64,000 nucleotides of DNA from Dipteris shenzhenensis (Eukaryota). Positions 1 through 11,196 of the stretch are shown here, piece after piece. Positions within the stretch are counted from its first letter, which is position 1; the number at the start of each line of letters is the position of its first letter. The position numbers were made by a program, and so were the translations under genes. The stretch is from assembly GCA_047967505.1 (NCBI GenBank), contig CM106538.1. One strand, written 5' to 3'. The notes beneath the pieces were generated by a model, which searched no databases, was not told the DNA's origin, and saw nothing but the letters and a program-made list of their open reading frames with translations.

Positions 1-85
1 TGTCTTCTTTCGGGTCAGTTGTCTTCTATTCTTTGCTTGCCTCTCTAGCTAGCTTCTCTGGGTCTATTTTGGACTGATTGTGGCC

Positions 86-2885
86 ATGGCATCAATGGCA
101 ACATGCAGCTTGTAATGGCTTGCAAGAGAAGCAAACAGAGGCTACGAGATAAGAAAGAAGAAGAGCCAGGTCAAGGCATAAGGAATAGAGTGCAGGTCGA
201 GGAAAGCACTGGCACAACATCGAATCGGCAACGGAAGACACTCTTGCAACATTTGCGAAGGAAGAAACAATGAGAAGAAAGAAGACTCCTTGCAGAGCAA
301 CAACAAGAAGCGATTGCAGAGGCATGCATTCGATCATTGCCATCGAAGCAAAGAACATGAGCTGTGGTGTCACAATTGGTGGGAGCATTTGAGGCAGCAA
401 CATCTAGCCATTCAAGTGATTACCAATCTCGAGTCTTTACAAGCTTTAGCATGCACCCTAAAGTTTGTAGAGTAACAACCCTACCAACACCTCGAGAGAT
501 GCACGCCCAAGAGGCAATGCTCTCTAACGTAAGAGATGGCCAACAGAAAGTGAAAGGGGTGCATAGCTTAGATCAACTAGTTGCAAAGAGGGTGACATTA
601 GCTATGTTGGTGTCCCCTGAAACAAAGGAGAAATGGCTTGGGAGCACAATGTTGAAGATGTTGTCAATAAGAAGGACCAACCGGGCTCCAATGGTTGAAC
701 GTAGAGCAAAAGCAATTCACAATCATCCCGCTCCGAATCCCGCTCCGAGAAGTTTGTGGGCTTCAACAGAATGCAAGAAAATGAGAGACAACTTAAGTGC
801 GGAAGTCATTGCTACAGTGAAAATGTTTTGGCACAAAAATACAAGAGTTTCTCCAAATAGAAAGGACATATGTAAGAAGCGGATGGGATGCAAGGTGTTT
901 GAGGAGCACATCATACACATGCTAGATACAACGTAGGTTAGTGGTGCCTAAATTAGCCCGGTGGTTGTTTGTGATTGAGCTTTGGGATAGTTTACTTGTT
1001 TCATTTCTTAAACCAGGGTTGGAATAAATGTGATTATCCTAAACTAGCCTGGTGGTTGGAACAGCACACAACCGTATGCTGGTTCAACTCAATCGCCAGT
1101 TATGTAATTGTCCCAAACTGGCATGGTTGAACAGACATTAGTTGTTGTCCAGCCCGGTGGCATGGTTGAGAAGAAATTAACAACAATATATTTTGCAATA
1201 GAATAGAAATATATTGTTATTTTACTAACCAGCCCAATGGTTGGAACATCATGCAACAGTGGATGCTTCAGCTCAATCACCAGTTATGTGATTGTCCTTA
1301 AATTACTGCAGTTGAAATTATTGTGTTTCTTAGTATTTAAATTTAATTTCCTACTATTCAAGTCATATACCACTGTTAAATTGTGGAATTCAAAAATGAA
1401 AATAATATATTGTTATTTTCTAATAGTGAAATTTAGAAATGAAAAGCAATATATTTGTTATTGTCTAATATATGTAGTTGAGACCATCAAGCTAAACCAT
1501 CCCTGTGGTTGAAACTGTGACAGTGTCTCAAACCATCCTGGTGGTTGAAATTGTGACTGTCCTAAACTTGTCCTAAACCAACCCAGTGGTTGACTATCCT
1601 AAACCAGTCCAGTGATTGAAATTGTGACTGTCCTAAACCAGCACAATGGTTGAAAATTGTTTTGCTTCATTATATAATTTAATTAGACTGTGTTTTGTAT
1701 TCTTTTAGTAGTAGCAAAAAGGGAGCTCATTGTTCTATTGTTCTCACATGTTGGGTCAGCAGACAGAGCTGTATCTCAAGTTTGTGGATCAGAATCTGGA
1801 CATTTCAATTGGGCAGAGGAGATTTGAGCATTGTAAGCCCTGATACATCAGGAAACTCAAAGACAGGAATGTTTGTTGTTGCAAAACACACATAGACTTT
1901 GACCTGGCCCGACAAGCTATGAATGACTTGAGATCTAGTTGTGTTGGAGCATTTCTCCATGGGGATCGATTCCCATGCCTTCTCAATGAATGTGGAATCT
2001 ATAGGCCACTTGGATCCTCATCATGTGTTGCAAGGGAGGGCAAGTTTTGTAGCCTAAGGACTCTATGGGAGCCACTGGTTTATCCAATGGGAGACCCTGA
2101 GTGGCACAGAATTGAATGCATTCATGACACAAGCAAGCATAGCAGTTTGAAGCTAAAGAAGAAGACATTCAATGTCTATCCAAATGAAATGAGGGAAGAC
2201 AACCACGTTGCTCTAAAACGGAGGATATTTGAAAATGTCAATGTTAAAGGATCCAATAAAAAGAGATGGCTACTGTTATATAAGAGCACCCAGTCAAGAG
2301 AGCTTGTAGGTCACGTCGTTCAATCCAACCCCAAAATATGTACCTCACAATTTCATGGTCAGCTGGTAGGATAAGCAGTTCAGGATATGCCTTTCCAATT
2401 TTCCTTGTGACACTATTGTATCTGTCATAGATTTTGTAGAAAATTATTCTTTTCAAGAACAAGATGAGATACAAAGTGCTCACTAGTACAACAAGCAGGT
2501 AACAATTCTTCTGCATATCATGTACAATCATTTGCTTGATTCTTCCACACCTGATGTCAATGTTCTTGCTAACTCACAAGAGTCCAGGTTAGTGCAACAC
2601 ACTTACCATTTCTACATTTCAGATGATCGGGAACATGACACCCTATTTATGCAGGATGCTTTTCTACTGCATTGGAAATGGTTGAAAAAGGAAAATCCCC
2701 AAGCAAAAAATATAAAACAATATTGGGTGTGGTAAGATGGTGCTTCCTCTCAATTTAAATTAGCACGTGGATTCTACTTTGTCTCAAGGTTCAAATCCCT
2801 GACCAGTCTACACATGATGTGGAATTTCTTTGGGTCTAGCCATGGCAAGGGCAACATGATGGATGCAGTGCTGGTATTAAGCAAG
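86..2885 (+). pseudogene. Decayed DDE/DDD DNA-transposon transposase (Sola-like; superfamily uncertain), intron-containing
   Basis: ORF 364-936 can be spliced (GT at ~937, AG at ~1760) into '...HMLDTT-QTELY...RNVCCCKTH'. Downstream pieces read 'HFYISDDREHD...YWVW*DGASSQFK...WNFFGSSHGKG', a motif set typical of eukaryotic DNA transposases. Several stops and frameshifts. Start coordinate approximate. Confidence 0.65.
945..1660. repeat. Degenerate ~33-bp repeats (cctaaaccagcccggtggttgaaattgtgactgt-like) in the transposase intron
   Basis: Recurrent AACCA-N-TGGTT self-complementary core at ~950, 1040, 1150, 1228, 1495, 1530, 1575, 1600, 1635. Confidence 0.75.
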
Positions 2886-3359
2886 ATCTAGATTTTTGGT
2901 ACAAAAAAAATCCAAGAGAGGCCACAATTACGAACTGCTATATAAGAGTCCACAAAGATGTGTGTACTCTCATCTAGTAAGAGCTATTAAGTTCCAAATG
3001 CAACTTGTGCCACAACAAAAGAAGGGTAAGAGTGTCTTCAAATTGGATTTAGACATGCATGAGCACATCTTGGGGTGTCTTGGAGTGATGGACGAGGATG
3101 ACTGAGATAGTACTAAGAAAATGTATGTAGTCTCATTGCAGGGAAACAATATGTCCAGTTGTCCTACAAAATGAAATTTGTATTTGAGACTGCTTCTTTT
3201 AAGTATATCTGAAACAACCACCGTGCTAGTTTTATTAAATTATTTTTATAAATCCCAAACGGTAAAACCCATGCTTGTTTTTAGTATATCCCAACAACCA
3301 CCACGCTAGTTTGCCATAATGCAAACACACTACAAGGCATAAGTCCTTTTTTGATGAAA

Positions 3360-3525
3360 ATACCGACGCTTTTTACATTAATTTTTTTTTCACGGGCACA
3401 AACATCGTTATAAAAGTCGCTAAAAGCATCGAAAAAGAACCGTTGTTTTATAGCGTTGCTATATAGCGACACTGCTAATCGTCTCTATATAGCGACATTG
3501 GTAAACGTCGCTATATAGCGACGAT
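3360..3525. repeat. CACTA left subterminal repeats
   Basis: Several GTCGCTATATAGCGAC-like palindromes and half-sites. Confidence 0.85.
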
Positions 3526-3837
3526 TAATAGAAGTTAAAAAAAAGCATTAGTGGGGCCTAACAGGGCCATAGCAAGCCCTGTTTTGCCCCATGAATGCTT
3601 TTTTTTTTTAAATTACAAAAAAAAGTTTTTTATTATTAAAATTTTCTTGCGAAAAGGGTGATACAAAATCGTTCAAATGAAATGATCGAGCAACAAAAGG
3701 ATATACATGTCGAACATATACAGCATTGTTTGTTACAAAATTACCCTTTCGAAAAGGGTGATACAAAATTGCTCAAACGAGTGGATATACAAAATGACAT
3801 ACATGGCGAAGTATATGCAAACTGCTACTACTACTAC

Positions 3838-4235
3838 TCATTCAAATTGTCCTCGTCGTCCGTCCTCCTCCTCATCTTGTTGGCTTGATCCTTGGTCCTC
3901 TTGAGCTGCGCCTTCTCCTTGATCCTCGTCTTGTTGGCCTGGATCCTTGGCCCTGCTTATCGCTCACGTCCGGTGATGGGACATTGGAGCTTGCACCCTA
4001 AGAGTGAACCATATAAATTGAAAATTAGATTGGAACTTAAAGAATAAAACAATTTAAAAACTAAGATTACAAGTAGGAGTAGACTTATACCGTGCGAGCA
4101 GACACCTTAGCCCAATCGACTGTTGCTCCCATTGCCTCTTGCTCAATAAACCACGATTTTGTTCCTATGCGAAATGCGCGTCGCGTCTCTACATCTGTAG
4201 GAGGACGACCCATCGCAGCTTGCTGTGGATCCAAT
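3838..4235 (-). pseudogene. 3' exon remnants of the CACTA second (TnpA-like) gene
   Basis: Minus strand reads 'DPQQAAMGRPPTDVETRRAFRIGTKSWFIEQEAMGATVDWAKVSART', then a GT..AG intron and a low-complexity last exon. A donor-like CAG|GTAAG lies at ~6430 (-). Identity inferred from position in the element. Confidence 0.4.
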
Positions 4236-4254
4236 TTACAAGAGTTAGAGTTAG

Positions 4255-6345
4255 ATAAGAGGAGAGAAAGGAAAGAGGGAAAGAGAGAAAAAGAGACATA
4301 TGCTTATGCTTATGCATGAGCATAAGAACATGAGCATGAAAGAGGGAAAAGAGGGTGGAAAAGAGGAGAATAGAGAAGAAGAGGGAACGGAAAGAGAGAT
4401 TGGAAAGGGGGAAGGAGGGAAACAAAGAGAGAAGAAGAGGGAAAAAGAGACATATGCTCATGCATGAGCATATGTCTCCTTCTCTTATGCTTATGCTTAT
4501 GCATAAGCATAAACATAAGCATAAGAGAAGGAGACATATGCTCATGCTTATGCATATGCATGAGCATAAGAGAATGAGCATGAAAGAGGGAAAAGAGGGG
4601 GAAAAAGAGAGGAAGAGAGAAGAAGAGGGAAAGTAAAGAGGGAAAAAGAGACATATGCTCATGCTTATGCATGAGCATATGTCTTCTTCTCTTATGCTCA
4701 TGCATAAGCATAAGCATGAGCATATGTCTCATTCTCTTATGCTTATGCTTATGCTTATGCATAAAGGGAGAGAAGAAGAGGGAATGGAAAGAGAGATTGG
4801 AAAGGGGGAAAGAGGGAAAGAAAGAGAGAAGAAGAGGAAAAGAAAGAGAGAAGAAGAGGGAAAGTAAAGAGGGAAAAAGAGACATATGCTCATGCTTATG
4901 CATGAGCATATGTCTACTTCTCTTATGCTCTTGCATAAGCATAAGCATGAGCATGAGCATATGTCTCCTTCTCTTATGCTTATGTTTATGCATATGCATA
5001 AGAGGAGTCTTCTGCATAAGCATAAGAGAATGAGACATATGCTCATGCTTATGCTCATGCTTATGCTTATGCTTATGCATGAGGATAAGAACATGAGCAT
5101 GAAAGAGGGAAAAGAGGGTGGAAAAGAGGAGAAGAGAGAAGAAGAGGGAATGGAAAGAGAGATTGGAAAGGGGGAAAGAGGGAAAGAAAGAGAGAAGAAG
5201 AGGGAAAGTAAAGAGGGAAAAAGAGACATATGCTCATGCATGAGCATATGTCTCCTTCTCTTATGCTCATGCATATGCATAAGCATGACCATATGTATCC
5301 TTCTTTTAAGCATAAGCATGAGCATATGTCTCCTTCTCTTATGCTTATGGATAAGCATAAGCATAAGCATTATGCTCATGCTTATGCGTATGCATAAGCA
5401 TAAGAGAATGAGCATGAAAGAGGAAAAAGAAGGGGGAAAAGAGAGGAAGAGAGAAGAATAGGGAAAGTAAAGAGGGAAAAAGAGACATATGTTCATGCAA
5501 CATATGTCTCCTTCTCTTATGCTCATGCATAATCATAAGCATGAGCATATGTCTCCTTTTCTTATGCTTATGCTTATGCTTATGCATAAGACTCCTCTTA
5601 TGCATATGCATAAGCATATGCTCATGCTTATGCTTATGCATGAGCATAAGAGCATGAGCATGAAAGAGGGAAAAGAGGGGGGGAAAGAGGAGAAGAGAGA
5701 AGAAGAGGGAAAGGAAAGAGAGATTGGAAAAGGGGAAAGAGGGAAAGAAAGATAGAAGAAGAAGGAAAGGAAAGAGGGAAAAAGAGACATATGCTCATGC
5801 TTATGCATGAGCATATGTCTCCTTCTCTTATGCTCATGCATAAGCATAAGCATGAGCATATGTCTCCTTCTCTTATGCTTATGCATAAGAGGAGTCTTAT
5901 GCATAAGCTTCTCTCTTCTCCTCTTTCCCCTCCTCTTTTCCCTCTTTCATGCTCATGCTCTTATGCTCATGCATAAGCATGAGGGAGGGGAAAGAGGACA
6001 AGAGAGAAGAAGAGGGAAAGGAAAGAGAGATTGGAAAAGGGGAAAGAGGGAAAGAAAGAGAGAAGAAGAGGAAAAGGAAAGAGGGAAAAAGAGACATATG
6101 CTTATGCTTATGCATGAGCATATGTCTCCTTCTTTTATGCTCATGCTTATGCTTATGCTTATGCATGAGCATAAGAGCATGAGCATGAAAGAGGGAAAAG
6201 AGGGGGGGAAAGAGGAGAAGAAGAGGGAGATAAAAGAGGAAAAAAAGGGGGAAAGATATTGAAAGATTGAGGGAGAAGGAGAAGGAGAGGAGGGAAAGAA
6301 GAGGAGAGAAGAGGGAAAGAAGAGGGAAGAGAGGGGAAGAGACGC
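4255..6345. repeat. Composite repeat: palindromic (ATGCTY)n/(RAGCAT)n hexamer blocks alternating with polypurine tracts
   Basis: Directly visible, e.g. GAGACATATGCTCATGCTTATGCATGAGCATATGTCTC. Confidence 0.95.
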
Positions 6346-7334
6346 CCATGACTGCAGCTAGCGCTTAAGGCACTAGATATAGGCCAATGCAAATAAAAAA
6401 AATAACAAATGGAAAAGAGAGAAAGCACTTACCTGGAATAGTACGTCCCGCTCGGTGTTTTGTGGACTGGCCCTACAAAAGAGACGAGTCTTCTTTCTTT
6501 CTTGAAATCTCGTTTTTTGTTGCTTGTCAGATGATGCACCAATGCTCGGGAGTGCAGAGTGGCTTACGGAGAGGTTGTATTGTCATTGCACTCATTGTAA
6601 GCGAGAAGTATGACATCAATGCCATATTGTCATGTGCCACTTGAGGATATATGGGGAGGAGCCCAAACCAATACCCACCGTTGGTGGTGCACATGGTGAT
6701 GGATCATTGAAAAGTCATTACTATTTGAGTTCGTGATTAATATTGCATGCATACATGATATGAAATCTTGAGACAGGATGAGGAGGGTGGTGTGCGTATA
6801 CCTTCATACTACCAATGTGGATATGAAGATAGAGATCATGTGGATATGGAGATGCCACTACCAATGCCGAATCCAATTGATTGAGATGGATTTAGAGAAG
6901 AAGATGAAGATCACAATATGAGCCAAGAGGAAGATGTGCATAATGACATCATATGGGAGGAAGATGGAGATCACGATATTGAGGAAGAAGATGACAATCA
7001 TCAAGAATCACCCGACTTTATTGAAGAAGATGATCAAGTCTATGGTGAATGGACGATGATGATATAGGAGATCAACTCAGTATAGAGTTGGAGATAGACT
7101 TGTTTGGCACACTAGAATTGGCTGAAGATGAAGCCAAGTCTCAAACATAGACATGAATATATGAGCTTCGAACTTGATGTACATGCTCTTGTACTTTTAT
7201 TCTTTCAAAGAATCAAACATGTACATGCTCTCGTATTTTTATTCTCTATGAGATCAAACATGTATGAAAATTTAGAAAAATTTGTCATTGGAAAAAACTA
7301 ACTTTTAAGGCCTATATGAGTAAAAAACATCTCT

Positions 7335-7510
7335 AGAAAATGTCGCTATAAAATAGTATCTCAGTGTTGCTATATAGCGACCTTTATAACTGTCGTTATA
7401 TAGCGATGTTTGCTTAACGTCGCTATATAGCAATGCTTTATGAGACACGCTTTTCATACCGATGATTAGCACCCCGTATGCACTAAACATCGATACGTAA
7501 ACGTCGCAAT
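7335..7510. repeat. CACTA right subterminal repeats
   Basis: GTCGCTATA / GCTATATAGCGA / GTCGTTATATAGCGA copies upstream of the TAGTG terminus. Confidence 0.85.
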
Positions 7511-10047
7511 AAGATCTGTGTGTAGTAGTGACAGTGCCCTTTAGACTGTTTATTTTTTTGTTAACTATCAGATTTCATCCCATGCTTGCTTTTAGTTTAT
7601 CCCAACAACCACTATGCTGGTTTTCGATTACAAATTGACACATTGTACAAATCCATTCATCTTGTAATAATAGAAGCAAACCACCATGCTAGTGGCTGTT
7701 CATATCCTAGTGCAACCAACCACTGCACTGGTGATAACTTATCCTACGCTAATCCTGCACCACTACCATGCTATCCCTACACTACTGTCATGCTATCCTA
7801 AAAGTTGTTGCACAATGCTAGTGCCCTTTATACTGGTTATCATTAATCGTCAGATTTCAACCATCAGGCTACTTAAAACATTTAAGTACTAATATGAAAA
7901 CAGGTCAATACAAAATCAGGTATTACGAGCACCATGAGAATATCCACAAGTTCAATAAATGTTTGCAAGATTTTTATTATTTCAATACACAATGACATTT
8001 TGCTTTTTCAAGAAAATTCCAGACTCCCAAGTATCTTATCAGCCTCTCTATGGCAAGCATCTCCTAGTTCTTGAGGCGAGTTTGCTACACAATGGCAGAC
8101 CTCTTCACACACTTAGATTACACACAGCTTGCTTGACTCTACCGACCAATATGCCCATAGTAACTCCTCCTTTCACTGGGGATCCTCTTCATCCTAGTCT
8201 TTGCACTCTATATATCTTCGCACCTCTCTCATGTCTTGCTAAAAGAAACTACATTATGAGCTTGATAAGTACCTTAAAGGAGCAGGAAAAACAATAGCCT
8301 TGGAAATTAATATTCACCGTCTGTGTTGACTCCAAGTAATACACCCACCACCGAAGCATGTCCTCCTTGTAGCTATTTTTCTCCTTCTCTGGGTCTGTTT
8401 CTGCAAGGATGCCATCCAACATCATTCTTCAATCTCATGTTAGTTGTCTAATTGAAGTCTTTTGTCTCACATTAGTTGTCTACTAATAAAAATCTTTCAT
8501 CTCATTATCATCACCATGCTGGCATGGATCAAAGGACACTATCTAGTCACATAGCTGAGAAAACATTGCCCAAGTAAACTCTAAAGAAGATTAACAATTC
8601 AATAGATTACACACAGATTACATAGATTACAATCTCAAAGACTCCTTTACTTCAGATTGCATCTCAAGGACTCCTTGGCTCCCTGATTGCAGGATTGGCC
8701 CTCCTTGCTCTTTTTCAGAATGGGGCTGGTTCCTTTCTGCGGGGCTTGGCCCTTCCTTCATGCCGCTTCCTCTTTCCTTGATTTGAGTTTCCCGGTTGCA
8801 GGATTGGCCCTTCTTGCTCCTTTCCTGAAGGGGACTGGTTCTTGTAGATAGCTATAGCAGGCAGGCACATTTGATCTATCTATGACCTAGGAAATGGCAA
8901 ATGGCATTCTCTACATAGAGATTTTGTATGCACAAACCAAGCAAAGAACATGCATAGGGTGGTAGCATGCAGGCCATCGGATACAACAGTCATCTATGAT
9001 GGGGGTATGGCAGACCATGCATTTTGGACCCTACTGCATAGCAGGATAGGCATCCGATTTAACTATTACGGCTGTCAATACCACAGTCTTGCTCTATACA
9101 TGACAAAGTTGCTTCTTGATTCCTTTCTCCCTCATCCTAAGCCTGCGAATGTTCTCCTTCATCTCCTCCACTTTTTGCTCACTCTATGCAATAGCTTCAT
9201 CTGAATCCCTCAGCATCTGTTGAAGCTGCATAAATTGCTAAAGACATCATGGGCTGTTTCCAAGACTTCCACTCTAATTTGAAAATCTCTCAAGACGACG
9301 AATTGCTTTTCATAACTATTGAAAGCCACGGGAATCTCGTGCAAACATCTATCCTGATCTTCTTGCAGGGTCTTGTAGCTTGCTCTTTGGACTTCCAATA
9401 GTGTTTCAAAAAACCAACCCTCACAGTGGTGGCTGCAAATACACCACCATGGATACAACATCATGCCAATCAACTTTGACAGTTAGATAATGGTGGACTT
9501 GATGCTTGCATTGCATCTAAAAGAATGGTCTTTCCCTAAAGCAAAAGGTCTTCATGTGGAAATGTCTATAGGGGGTCGTCTTGGCGAAATGTTGTATTAC
9601 ACCTGTGCATTGTTTGTGTCGCTTGTCTTAGAGAGACTATTAGGCATCTCTTGTGGAACTGTTTGATGATTAGACATGTCCTTGCAACATTGTCGGTTGG
9701 TCTTTAGATATGATTCCCTTGGCATTGCTTTTTCCGAGAGAACTTCTGGCTATTTAATAGATTTTACTCCTCTCACTAATTATGCCACTTTGTTTTCTTG
9801 GGTTAGATTTACTATGTAGTAGACCATTGTGGCAGGATATAAATAATTGTATATTTCCCCATGCCTCCTTAAATACATTTGCATTTTGCAAGCATTCTCT
9901 ACATACATATATGATGCCTATCATACAATGGAGCTCATTTTGGGACCTTGTAAGAAATTCATGATTTTCTAATTTTTCTTGCCTCAAAATTAAAAAGTTC
10001 TAGGTTTAGGAGCATAAGTTTATGGTCAAGCATTCAATTGGAGATAT

Positions 10048-10376
10048 AAATCACGAAACAAATAGACTGACATTTTGAAGTTCCCGGTCCATCATTTTTT
10101 AGAGTCACAAATTCTCTGTCCAAGGACCCAAATGGTTTTCTACTATTTTGGTGCGAAATTTGATAGTTTTGGCATGACCATTGTGTCTAGAGCCAAAACG
10201 ACTTTTGAATCACTAAATTTGGCCTACCGGAGGGGTCAGAATGGATAGGAGTGTGCTTAAGAAAGCAATTTGGGCACTTGGCCCCAGTGTTTAACCTCTT
10301 CGAGAAGATAAAAATGAGACACTAAAAAACGCTCGAGCGGGAACTTCAAAATGTCAGTTTATTTGTTTTGAGATTT
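10048..10376. mobile_element. MITE-like element or inverted-repeat remnant
   Basis: 39-bp inverted repeats at 10048-10086 and 10338-10376 with about 3 mismatches. No TSD identified. Confidence 0.55.
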
Positions 10377-10713
10377 GGTGTAGCGGCTCTACATTGAATT
10401 AATTAAACCAAAGGTTAAGAGAGAGAGAGAGAGATTTGAGATAGTAAAACAATTATTTTAGCTGCAAGGATTCTATTTTTCCTTGGAGCCAAATGAAGTG
10501 AGGAAAAAAAACATATTAAAAAATTGCACAAAGATATTAATATTCCAACAACGAAGACAGCCTTGAATACAGGGACAAAACTGGACCGAATTCTTCCTCC
10601 CAAGACGATGGAGTAGATTTAGTTAGATTTTGGCAATTGAGTCAGTCGTTTCCGGTTCTTCCATCCACAATGCTTCATCGTCACCACCATCAGGATTCAG
10701 TTCCATTATCTTT

Positions 10714-11185
10714 GATTACTAGTGGAAACCACAGTACTAATTATATAGCAACTGAAGAAGAAGCAACATACTTATAGGATTAACAAGCAGGAAGCAGGCC
10801 TTGTAATTGCAAGGTAGCTAAATAGTTGTAGCGATTTGTTCTGCAAATGCTCGTCCATCTGCAGCTGCTCCTTCATCATCAACATTTAAAGCTCGATTAT
10901 CTTGACTAGGAGTGGAAACTACAATAGTTATAGCAACGAAAGAAGCATCAACAATACTGATAGCGTTTACAAGCAGGAAGCGGGCCTGTGCGATTGCAAG
11001 CTAAATATAGAGACTGATGCTCGTCCATCTACAGCTGCTTCTCATCAACATCAGCTCGATTATCCTGATTAGAAGTGGAAACAACAGTTCTAATTATAGC
11101 AACCGAAGAAGCAACAACAATACTGAGAGCATTAACAAGCAGGAATTAGCTGCAGCCTCTGTGAAAATTGCATTGCAAGCTGAAT
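10714..11185. repeat. Three diverged ~170-190-bp tandem copies just 3' of the ClpB stop
   Basis: AGTGGAAAC...TATAGCAAC...ACAAGCAGGAA...TTGCAAG recurs at ~10720, ~10910 and ~11075. Confidence 0.8.
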
Positions 11186-11196
11186 AATGGAGAAGC

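Larger units (their letters stand above)
3328..7530. mobile_element. Non-autonomous CACTA (En/Spm) element, internal-deletion derivative
   Basis: Starts CACTACAAG at 3328 and ends GTAGTAGTG at 7530. 3-bp TSD ACA at 3325-3327 and 7531-7533. Palindromic GTCGCTATATAGCGAC subterminal repeats at both ends. Interior is collinear with 16415-19480. Confidence 0.93.

Noticed and set aside
4189-6428. Many Met/His/Lys-rich and Arg/Glu-rich ORFs (also 16162-18374, including a 653-aa ORF)
   Set aside because: They are artefacts of stop-poor hexamer and polypurine repeats, open in several frames on both strands.
7950-9480. Possible decayed retroelement coding sequence (also 63300-64000)
   Set aside because: Composition is suggestive but I could not read a diagnostic motif with confidence.
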